56,428 nucleotides of DNA from Clostridia bacterium (lineage in GTDB: Bacteria; Bacillota; Clostridia; Oscillospirales; CAG-272). The position numbers and the translations under genes were made by a program. Each line of letters starts with the position of its first letter. Position 1 is the stretch's first letter. The notes beneath the pieces are model-generated. The model was not told the origin of the DNA and did no database searches. It saw only the letters and a list, made by a program, of their open reading frames with translations. Where the stretch lies: positions 1-56,428 of the forward strand of contig JAFQGY010000246.1 of assembly GCA_017415325.1 (NCBI GenBank), in the 5' to 3' direction. Shown in pieces: positions 27,368 through 35,428 of this stretch.

Positions 27368-27486
27368 ATGCCATACAGACTTGTCAACAGCGGAATGATG
27401 CAGGCAACACAATCCATACTGTGGAGGGCGGACAGCTGCCGTTCTCCCCGGGCAATCATTCTATTTTTATGCAGAGGTAATCAGTT

Positions 27487-30021
27487 ATGAAACTTTCCTT
27501 CTCCACACTCGGCTGTCCTGATTTTTCCTGGACCGATATTTACACCATGGCCAAGGACTTCGGGTTCCACGGCATCGAAATGCGGGGGCTCGGCAACGAT
27601 ATTTTCTCCGTATACGCTTCCCCCTTCCAGCCGGAAAATCTGCCGGAAACCAAAGCTACCCTCAAACGGCTGAAGCTGGAAATCTGCTGCCTTTCTTCCG
27701 GCTGTGCCCTCCGGTTTGCCGACCGTCATGAAGAAACCATCGCCGAACTGAAGGAATATATCCGTCTGGCAAAGGAACTGGGTACCCCTTACATCCGTGT
27801 GCTGGGGGATCTGACCGCCGAAATCACCACCGATTTCCCGGACGAAAATGTAATCGAACCCATGAAGATTCTGGCTCCCATTGCGGAAGAAGCCGGCGTC
27901 ATGCTGCTGATCGAAACCAACGGTGTATACTCCGATACCGCAAGACTGGCGGATGTACTGGCCCAGATCGGTTCCGATGCCGTAGGCGCTCTGTGGGACT
28001 GGAACCATCCCTATCGCTTTGCAGGGGAAATGCCCGAAAAGACCATCAACAACCTGGGTGCCTACATCAAGCACTGTCACATCAAGGACTCCGTTATGGA
28101 AAACGGCAAGGTTGTCTACAAGCTGGTAGGGGAAGGGGATCTGCCTCCCATGGCCGAATACCTCAAGGCACTCCGCTCCCTCAATTATGAAGGATATATC
28201 TCTCTGGAATGGCTCAAGCAGTATGCGCCGGAACTGTCTGACGCCGGGATCGTATTCCCCCATTACGCCAACTTCATGTCCCACTATCTGGGACTGGACA
28301 AGGGCAGCGAAAGACTCCAGAAGAACAAGCGGGGCGACGGGTACTATGTATGGGAAAAGGATCAGCTCATCGACATGACCTTCCCGCAGGTGCTGGACCG
28401 GATGTGCGAAGAGTTCCCGGATCAGTACGCTTTCCGTTACACCGAATTTGATTACACCAGAACCTATCCCGAATTCCGTGACGATGTGGACACCTTTGCC
28501 CGGGCGCTGATTTCCATGGGCGTAAAGCAGGGTGACCATGTAGCCATCTGGGCCACCAACGTTCCCGCATGGTTCATCACCTTCTGGGCATCCGTCAAGA
28601 TCGGTGCGGTACTCGTTACCGTAAACACCGCCTACAAGATCCACGAAGCCGAATACCTGCTCCGCCAGTCCGACACCCACACCCTGGTCATGATCGACGG
28701 CTACAAGGATTCCGACTATGTTGGCATCATCAGGCAGCTGGTTCCCGAACTGGAACAGAACGACGAAGTCAAGCCCATCCACAGCCGCAAGCTTCCCTTC
28801 CTCCGGAACGTGATTACCGTAGACTCCAAGCAGAAGGGCTGCTGGACCTGGGACGAAGCCATGGCGCAGGCGGAAAAGACCCCCATCGAAGCCGTATACC
28901 GCAGAGCTGCCATGATCAACAAGCATGACGTGTGCAATATGCAGTACACCTCCGGCACCCCCGGTTTCCCCAAGGGCGTTATGCTGACCCATTATAATAT
29001 TGTAAACGACGGGAAGTCCATCGGCGACCGTATGGATCTGTCCACCGCAGACCGGATGATGATTCAGGTTCCCATGTTCCACTGCTTCGGCATGGTACTG
29101 GCTATGACCGCTTCCATGACCCATGGTGTGACCATGTCCCCCATCTCCGCCTTCTCCCCCAGAAAGGGCCTTTACTGCATCAACAAGGAAAAAATCACCT
29201 GCTTCCACGGTGTTCCCACCATGTTCATCGCAATGCTGGGACATGAAGACTTCGCCAAGACCGATTTCTCCCATATGCGTACCGGGATCATGGCCGGTTC
29301 TCCCTGTCCGGTAAAAGTCATGGAAGAAGTGGTGGAAAAGATGAACATGAAGGAAATCACCATCGTATACGGTCAGACCGAAGCGGCGCCCGGATGCACC
29401 CAGAGTTCTACCGATGACACCATCGAAACCCGTGTGAACACTGTGGGCCGTGCGTTCTATGGTGTGGAATGCAAGATCGTGGATCCCGAAACCGGCGAAG
29501 ATCTGCCTGACAACGTAGACGGCGAATTTGTTGCCCGTGGGTACAACATCATGAAGGGCTACTACAAAATGCCCGAAGCCACTGCCGCTGCCATCGACAA
29601 GGACGGCTGGCTCCACACCGGCGACCTGGCAAGACGGCTGCCCGACGGCAACTACAAGATCACCGGCCGGATCAAGGATATGATTATCCGCGGCGGCGAA
29701 AACATCTACCCCAAGGAAATTGAAGACTTCCTCTACACCCATCCGGATGTCAAGGACGTACAGGTCATCGGCGTGCCCGACAAGCAGTACGGCGAAGAAA
29801 TCATGGCCTGTGTCATCCGCAGAGAAGGTTCCGAGGTCACCGGAGACGAACTGAAGAAGTATGTCATGGATCACATGGCCAAGCACAAGGTTCCCCGGTA
29901 TGTGTCTTTCGTGGATGCGTTCCCGATGAATGCCGCCGGGAAGATCCTGAAGTACAAGATGCGGGAAGACGCCAAGAATCTGCCCGAATTCAAGGAAGCC
30001 GCCGGAATCGTAACCGCATAA
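27487..30021 (+). CDS. fusion protein: N-terminal xylose-isomerase-like TIM barrel (AP_endonuc_2) joined to a C-terminal AMP-forming acyl-CoA synthetase
   Basis: The first ~275 aa have the LGCPDFSW..HGIEMR..ELGTPYIRV..LLIETN..HIKD..ISLEW pattern. The C-terminal ~545 aa carry YTSGTPGFPKG, YGQTE, GWLHTGD, GRIKDMIIRGGENIYP and AAGKILK adenylate-forming motifs. GAGG RBS. Confidence 0.85.
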   Translation: MKLSFSTLGCPDFSWTDIYTMAKDFGFHGIEMRGLGNDIFSVYASPFQPENLPETKATLKRLKLEICCLSSGCALRFADRHEETIAELKEYIRLAKELGTPYIRVLGDLTAEITTDFPDENVIEPMKILAPIAEEAGVMLLIETNGVYSDTARLADVLAQIGSDAVGALWDWNHPYRFAGEMPEKTINNLGAYIKHCHIKDSVMENGKVVYKLVGEGDLPPMAEYLKALRSLNYEGYISLEWLKQYAPELSDAGIVFPHYANFMSHYLGLDKGSERLQKNKRGDGYYVWEKDQLIDMTFPQVLDRMCEEFPDQYAFRYTEFDYTRTYPEFRDDVDTFARALISMGVKQGDHVAIWATNVPAWFITFWASVKIGAVLVTVNTAYKIHEAEYLLRQSDTHTLVMIDGYKDSDYVGIIRQLVPELEQNDEVKPIHSRKLPFLRNVITVDSKQKGCWTWDEAMAQAEKTPIEAVYRRAAMINKHDVCNMQYTSGTPGFPKGVMLTHYNIVNDGKSIGDRMDLSTADRMMIQVPMFHCFGMVLAMTASMTHGVTMSPISAFSPRKGLYCINKEKITCFHGVPTMFIAMLGHEDFAKTDFSHMRTGIMAGSPCPVKVMEEVVEKMNMKEITIVYGQTEAAPGCTQSSTDDTIETRVNTVGRAFYGVECKIVDPETGEDLPDNVDGEFVARGYNIMKGYYKMPEATAAAIDKDGWLHTGDLARRLPDGNYKITGRIKDMIIRGGENIYPKEIEDFLYTHPDVKDVQVIGVPDKQYGEEIMACVIRREGSEVTGDELKKYVMDHMAKHKVPRYVSFVDAFPMNAAGKILKYKMREDAKNLPEFKEAAGIVTA

Positions 30022-30032
30022 GCAGAAAACCA

Positions 30033-30075
30033 ATACAAAGACAGTGGGAACCTACCTGCTGTCTTTTGTATTTTA
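30033..30075 (+). terminator. intrinsic terminator after the fusion gene
   Basis: 12-bp stem, ATACAAAGACAG (30033-30044) with CTGTCTTTTGTAT (30059-30071), followed by a T run. Confidence 0.7.
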
Positions 30076-30156
30076 TGCCGATTTTTCCCGGCACATCTTC
30101 CGAAATCCGATTGAGTATGTTATAATGAACAAAATTCGCATATGGAGATAACAGAT

Positions 30157-31581
30157 ATGAAAAAATGTACAGCTCTGCTCCTGCTGCTGGCGATGCTGGT
30201 ATCCGGCCTGTTTTGTGCCGGTTGTTCCGATGCCGGTCAGACGGGAGAAACCACTGCCGATGCGGGGGAAACCATTGCTGCAGAAACACTGCCGGAAACC
30301 GAATACACCGACATTCTGGGAGAGCGGGATTTCGGCGGCGCTGATTTCCACATGGCCGGCATAAACACCGCCTTTTCCCTGGGGGAACAGACCGGGGAAG
30401 CCATCAACGATGCCCTGTATACCCGTGACCAGCTGCTGGAAGAAACCTACAATGTCAGAATCGTCACCACCCCCTACGAAAATGATGCTATCCTCACCGA
30501 TGTGAAAAATCTGGTGCAGGCAGGAGATCCGCTGTATGACATGGTCGTCCACACCATCTCCAACACCCTCAAGACCCTGGGTACCGGCGGGATGCTTCTG
30601 GACATCAACACCCTTCCCACCATTGATCTGACCCAGAAGTGGTGGTCCACCTACGCCAACACCAACCTGCAGGTAGGCGGCAAGCTCCTGTTCACAACCG
30701 GGGACATCACTCCCACCTACTACAACATTCCCTACGCCATCGGGTTCAACATGAAGCTGGCCAACGACCAGAACAACGACCTGTATTCCCTGGTGAGAGA
30801 AGGTACCTGGACCCTGGACAAATTCGGCGAACTCTGTCTGCAGTACACGCTGGATCTGGACGGGGACGGAAAAATGACCAATGCCGACCAGGTTGGCTAC
30901 GCCCATGTACGGACGGAGATCACTTCCCTCTGCCACTATATCGGCTGCGGCTTTACTCTGAACACCGTGGATGAAGACGGAAAAATTCTGGTGGATCTGG
31001 GCGGAGACAATTCTGTGACCGCCATCCAGAAGCTCAGCGACATCTTCGGCAGTATCAAGGACAACTATTTCACCATGGACGATCCCATTCCCATGTTCCA
31101 TGCCGGTCAGGCCCTGTTCTACGGCAACAGCATGACCAGCCTGATCCTCAAATTCCGGGATATGGAAGACGACTTCGGATTCCTGCCTCTGCCCAAGTGG
31201 GACGAACAGCAGGAAAACTACCGCACCTCCGTAAATACCTGGACTGCCGGATACATCGGCGTTCCCAAGACCATTGCCGATCCCGACCGTACCGGTTTCA
31301 TGATGGAAGCCATGGCCTATATGTCCAACAAGTATGTTCGGCCCGCAGCCTATGACAACATGCTCTTTGCCAAGGTAGCCCGCAGCGAAGAAGCCGCAGA
31401 AATGCTGGACATCATTTACGACAGCGTATATCTGGACGCCAACTATGTCTTTAACTTCGGCGGTTCCGGTACTGCGGTATTCCAGGCCATCATGGACGGC
31501 AAGCCTTTCGTTTCCTCTTATGAAAGCGTAAAACAGAAAATCGACACATCCATCGCCGATCTGGAAGCAAATCTCCAGTAA
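30157..31581 (+). CDS. lipoprotein, extracellular solute-binding protein family (orphan; paralog of 6863..8350)
   Basis: Signal peptide with an FCAGC lipobox. GGAG RBS. The conserved FRDMEDDFGFLPLPKW block is shared with the other copy. Confidence 0.8.
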   Translation: MKKCTALLLLLAMLVSGLFCAGCSDAGQTGETTADAGETIAAETLPETEYTDILGERDFGGADFHMAGINTAFSLGEQTGEAINDALYTRDQLLEETYNVRIVTTPYENDAILTDVKNLVQAGDPLYDMVVHTISNTLKTLGTGGMLLDINTLPTIDLTQKWWSTYANTNLQVGGKLLFTTGDITPTYYNIPYAIGFNMKLANDQNNDLYSLVREGTWTLDKFGELCLQYTLDLDGDGKMTNADQVGYAHVRTEITSLCHYIGCGFTLNTVDEDGKILVDLGGDNSVTAIQKLSDIFGSIKDNYFTMDDPIPMFHAGQALFYGNSMTSLILKFRDMEDDFGFLPLPKWDEQQENYRTSVNTWTAGYIGVPKTIADPDRTGFMMEAMAYMSNKYVRPAAYDNMLFAKVARSEEAAEMLDIIYDSVYLDANYVFNFGGSGTAVFQAIMDGKPFVSSYESVKQKIDTSIADLEANLQ

Positions 31582-31589
31582 ACAGCCAA

Positions 31590-31648
31590 TAAAAAATGCT
31601 CTGTGTTCCGGTTTAATTCTTTCCGGTGCACAGGGCATTCTTTTGTTT
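31590..31648. terminator. bidirectional terminator between convergent genes
   Basis: AATGCTCTGTG (31595-31605) pairs with CACAGGGCATT (31629-31639). A run upstream and T run downstream. Confidence 0.55.
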
Positions 31649-31649
31649 A

Positions 31650-32975
31650 TTATCTTCTCCGCTTCCGCAGTCTGCGTTCTCTGAGATGGGCGCCGATGAG
31701 TACATAGGCAATGGTCAGCACAATGGCGGACACCACAAAGGCTTTGAAAAACCGTCCTTCCGTAAAGCTGCGTACCCGGGCAAGAAAATACAGAAACTCA
31801 CTTCTTGCCACACTGGAGGTGGTCACCAGCGCACAGCTCCCCAGAATCCGGTCTCCCATCAGCACCGTTATGGTTCCTGCTTCCTGACCGGTTTCCACAG
31901 GGGCGTCCAGAGCATCGGTGAAGGTGTTGTAGCTGTACCGGATATCCGTCGCCACCACCGTTTCCGAGGGCAGATATACCGTAATGGCCTGCTCCGGCAC
32001 CAGTGTGACATAGTCCAGGGTGGAGGACAGATTTACCGGCAGTTCGCACACGATCTTGTCCGCCCGCAGCACTTCCACATAGGTGAAGGATGTAAATGCC
32101 CACTCGAACATTTTGATGGCATTGATATAATTGTACAGATTCTTGTCCACCGCTTCCGCACCCATGACAATGGCCAGATAGGTCAGCCCGGTGGCAGGTT
32201 CTTCCGCAACGGCACAGATGGCATAACCGCCCTGGGGAGTGGAACCGGCGTTCATCCCGATGGCGCGCTTGTAGAAATAATTGACATTGTAGTACTTGGA
32301 GATCAGGCAGTTCCGGTTGTAGATGTTCCGGTAGTCACTGCTGTTGGTAGCCGCCATAACATACTTGGGCGTGGATACAATTTCCATAAACAGCGGCAGG
32401 CTGTAGGCATATTTGGCAATGGCAGCCGTATCCGCCACCGTGGTGACCATGGCATCGTTGTGCATCCCGGTGGGATTGGCATAATAGGTGTCGTATGCAC
32501 CCAGCCATGTGGCTTTTTCATTCATTTTGGCCACAAAAGCTTCCACCGAACCGTACGCCGCATATGCCAGTGCAATGGCAGTATCGTTTGCGGAATTCAC
32601 CAGCGTACCGTACAAAAGCTGTTCCACCGTCACCACTTCTCCGGATTTCAGACCAATGTTGTTCCCGGCTACCTGTGACAGCATTTCCTTTGTGATGACA
32701 ACTTCCTTCTGGAGATCCTCCCCCAGTGCTTCGATGGCCACGATCCCGGTCATGATCTTCACTGTGGAAGTGGGAAAGATACGCTCATCCATTCCCTTCT
32801 CCATCAGGACTTCATCATTTTCAAAATTGTACAGATATGCACCCACGCAATGCTCCACCGCCGGTGCGCCTCCGGAAGTTCCCGAAGAAGGCTCCGCAGC
32901 AGCGGCACCGACACTGAGCCATACCGCCAGCTGCACCACTGCCAGCACAGCCGCCGTGATTCGTTTTTTCATCAT
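31650..32975 (-). CDS. D-alanyl-D-alanine carboxypeptidase-like penicillin-binding protein (S11 family) with a C-terminal membrane anchor
   Basis: Signal peptide, STVK (SxxK), SAND (SxN), a C-terminal hydrophobic helix and an RERRLRKRRR tail. Confidence 0.8.
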   Translation of the reverse strand: MMKKRITAAVLAVVQLAVWLSVGAAAAEPSSGTSGGAPAVEHCVGAYLYNFENDEVLMEKGMDERIFPTSTVKIMTGIVAIEALGEDLQKEVVITKEMLSQVAGNNIGLKSGEVVTVEQLLYGTLVNSANDTAIALAYAAYGSVEAFVAKMNEKATWLGAYDTYYANPTGMHNDAMVTTVADTAAIAKYAYSLPLFMEIVSTPKYVMAATNSSDYRNIYNRNCLISKYYNVNYFYKRAIGMNAGSTPQGGYAICAVAEEPATGLTYLAIVMGAEAVDKNLYNYINAIKMFEWAFTSFTYVEVLRADKIVCELPVNLSSTLDYVTLVPEQAITVYLPSETVVATDIRYSYNTFTDALDAPVETGQEAGTITVLMGDRILGSCALVTTSSVARSEFLYFLARVRSFTEGRFFKAFVVSAIVLTIAYVLIGAHLRERRLRKRRR

Positions 32976-33016
32976 AGCTATACTATATTGTAAAAAACAG
33001 TCTCCTGTTCGTATTT

Positions 33017-33391
33017 TCAGATTTCTTTTTTTCCGCTGTAATACTGTCTGACCGCATCGGCATCCCGGTATACCTGTTCCCGCAATGCATCCAGCGAATC
33101 AAAGCGTTTTTCATCCCGGATTTTTCTGTCGAATGCAACCTCCAGTGTCTTCCCGTACAGATCCCCGGCAAAATCCAGAATCCAGGGTTCCACTGTGACA
33201 TCTTCCGTATCCCCGTTGACAGTGGGTCTGGAACCGATGTTGCATACACCCATTTTTGTGCAAGGCTGTCCGTCAGAATCTGTAAAACGCACTTTGCAGG
33301 CATATATTCCTCTGGCAGGCGCCGCTTTTTTAGCCGGCAGACGCAGATTGGCTGTAGGAAATCCCAATTTCCGTCCCAGTGCTTTCCCATG
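33017..33391 (-). pseudogene. ribF: ribF 3' segment (riboflavin kinase domain), in frame with and immediately after an internal TAA
   Basis: The same frame as 33392..33958 continues as HGKALGRKLGFPTANL...EPWILDF..DLYGK..EV.F...R.E..F, which is the RFK signature. The only nearby start-like codon is the TTG at 33367. Confidence 0.75.
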
Positions 33392-33958
33392 TTACACCGT
33401 TCCGGTGATACTGTAGGGTCTGGTCAGCAGCTTTGCCGCCGTTTCCATGTCCCCTTCCCGCACCAGCGAGCGGATCCAGGTCGATGATACCGGACGTGCA
33501 TCCCGCAGACAGGGCGTTTCCACATGGACCGTCACCCCGGTTTCTTTTCCCCAGCGCACCAGATCTTCCGCAGAGCAGGCACCATTGGCACCGAACCGGA
33601 AGTTGAATCCGCAGACTATGGCAGAGGGCGCAAACCGGTTCAGCAGAACTTCCCGGAAAAACGCTTCCCCGGACAGATGGGATACCGCCGCAAAGGACTC
33701 CGTCACCAGCCACTGTACGCCGTATTCCCCCAGCAGTTTCGCCCGTTCTGCGGCATCTGTCAGCAGCTCACCGGCTTTCGGCAGGGCATCAAAAGTCCAC
33801 ACGCCAACCGTTCCGCCTGTCTGCTCTGCCAGAGATCCGGCTGCGGAAAGAAGTGTCTGATGTCCCGAATGCACGCCGTCAAAAAAACCCAGCACCCATA
33901 CGCCGCCTCCGGGACAGGAAGCGACCGGTGTCATGGCAGGCAGAGATAGGATTTGCAT
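33392..33958 (-). pseudogene. ribF: ribF 5' segment (FMN adenylyltransferase domain), ending at an in-frame TAA (33392-33394)
   Basis: VLGFFDGVHSGHQ nucleotidyltransferase motif. The segment ends ...RPYSITGTV* exactly where bifunctional RibF proteins continue. AGGTGA RBS before the ATG at 33958. Confidence 0.8.
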
Positions 33959-34029
33959 GGATTCACCTGATGTTTTCAACTTTCTGAAATACCGGACGCT
34001 TCCCGGCTTACAGTCTGCATATGACAGAC

Positions 34030-35091
34030 TCAATACACTTTCAGTGCAAATACGGGACATACCGAAGTACAGTACCCGCAGAGCACGCATTTTTCGGGAT
34101 CCACATGGGCGGTCATATGGGCTTCTGTCTCCGCAGAGATCCCTTCCGATGCCGCAAATGCCGCGCCGAAATCATATGGATTCTCTTCCTCTTCCGCCGT
34201 TTGCACCGCAAGAGTCAGCGCATTCTGGCCGCATCTCCGGACACAGGCACCGCAGCCCTCACAGTATTCTTCAATATGCAGTCTCCGGCGGACTCTCTGC
34301 ATATGGGACGATTTTTCCGGAAACTTCCCGGTCGTAAAGAACGCAATATTGGCGTCAATTTCCGCTTCATCCTGCATTCCCACAGCCACCGCATCCATAA
34401 AAGGCTGTTCCAGTACATAGGACAGGGCTTCTTCCGCCTGCTGAAACAGATGCCCACCCGCCAGTGCTTTCATGCCGAAAATGCCGCAGCCGGTATTATG
34501 CAGTCTGGTCAGGGCTTCCGCCATCTGTTCCGGGGTTCCGTCGGCGATTCCGATGCCTGCCTTGTTGAACAGCGGATGCACCACGTCCAGCGGTACGCCT
34601 TCCTCCGCCAGCTGCAGCACCCCTTCCACGGCGGCAACATGATGGGTGGAGATGCCCACTGCACGGACAATCCCCTTTTCCCGCAGTTCCAGCAGGGTGT
34701 CCAGTGCTTCCCTGTGGCCACGGAGGGTATGGATGCTTTCCTGCTCGTGGAGCATAAACAGGTCGATGGTGTCTCTGTCCAGTGCCCGTCTGGCTTCGTC
34801 CACCGCTTCCAGCGCACCAGCTCTGTCATAGGCATAGGTCTTGGAGGAGATCATCACCTGTTCCGGACACCGGCACTTCCGCAGTCCCGCACGGATATGT
34901 TCGTAGTTCCGGTAGTACTGTGCCGTATCCAGAAAATTGATCCCGCAGTCAAATGCGTATGACAAGACCTCCCCTGCCCTTTCCACCGGCAGATTGGCCT
35001 GCAGCGGCCCTACGGTCAGGGAGCCGACAGCCAGCCGGGTGATGGGGGGGAGTCGTTCTGTCAGTATTCGTTTCGGCAGCTCAGACACCAA
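34030..35091 (-). CDS. aldo/keto reductase fused to a C-terminal 2x[4Fe-4S] ferredoxin domain
   Basis: AKR motifs (INFLDTAQYY, GISTH), then CEGCGACVRRC and CVLCGYCTSVCP. TTG/GTG start overlapping the ireB stop. GAAGGA RBS. Confidence 0.8.
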   Translation of the reverse strand: MVSELPKRILTERLPPITRLAVGSLTVGPLQANLPVERAGEVLSYAFDCGINFLDTAQYYRNYEHIRAGLRKCRCPEQVMISSKTYAYDRAGALEAVDEARRALDRDTIDLFMLHEQESIHTLRGHREALDTLLELREKGIVRAVGISTHHVAAVEGVLQLAEEGVPLDVVHPLFNKAGIGIADGTPEQMAEALTRLHNTGCGIFGMKALAGGHLFQQAEEALSYVLEQPFMDAVAVGMQDEAEIDANIAFFTTGKFPEKSSHMQRVRRRLHIEEYCEGCGACVRRCGQNALTLAVQTAEEEENPYDFGAAFAASEGISAETEAHMTAHVDPEKCVLCGYCTSVCPVFALKVY

Positions 35092-35341
35092 GGTATTCCT
35101 TCAGCAGCGCTGCAATCAGCTCGTACCGGTCAATCCGCCGGATCAGACCACGGGCATTTTTGTAGTTGGTGATATATGTGGGGTCTTCTGTCAGGATGTA
35201 GCCGACCAGCTGGTCAATGGGCTTGTGCCCCTTTTCCACCAGTGCATCGTACACCGCACGGAGCATCTGCCGCCGTTCTCTTTCCCGGTCCTCTTCCCGG
35301 ATCGAGAAAGTGATGGTTTTTTCCATATCGTTTCTGTTCAT
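35081..35341 (-). CDS. ireB: IreB family regulatory phosphoprotein (UPF0297)
   Basis: 86 aa; the ..VY.AL.EKG..PI.Q.VGY..S.DP.YI pattern fits the family. Confidence 0.75.
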   Translation of the reverse strand: MNRNDMEKTITFSIREEDRERERRQMLRAVYDALVEKGHKPIDQLVGYILTEDPTYITNYKNARGLIRRIDRYELIAALLKEYLGV

Positions 35342-35428
35342 AACGATGCCTTTCTGCTTTCGAAAACGCCGTCTGTCCTGCCATACCCGTCAGCAGATAT
35401 AGCAGGCCAGCCCGGATTTTTCACTTCA

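Noticed and set aside
27481-30033. An 850-aa ORF on the minus strand covers the whole TIM-barrel/acyl-CoA-synthetase gene.
   Set aside because: It is the exact codon-for-codon antisense frame of a well-supported gene. Its translation is the Gly/His/Val/Asp-rich low-information sequence typical of shadow ORFs in GC-rich genes. It has no RBS and no recognisable motifs. It stays open simply because TTA, CTA and TCA are rare in the sense gene.
32983-33390. An ORF starts at an ATG directly after the ribF internal TAA (TAACATGGG). I considered it as a re-initiated riboflavin kinase.
   Set aside because: It is in the +1-shifted frame, and its translation (MGKHWDGNWDFLQPICV...) has no RFK motifs. 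The conserved GFPTANL...EPWILDF sequence appears only in the frame shared with the upstream ribF segment.
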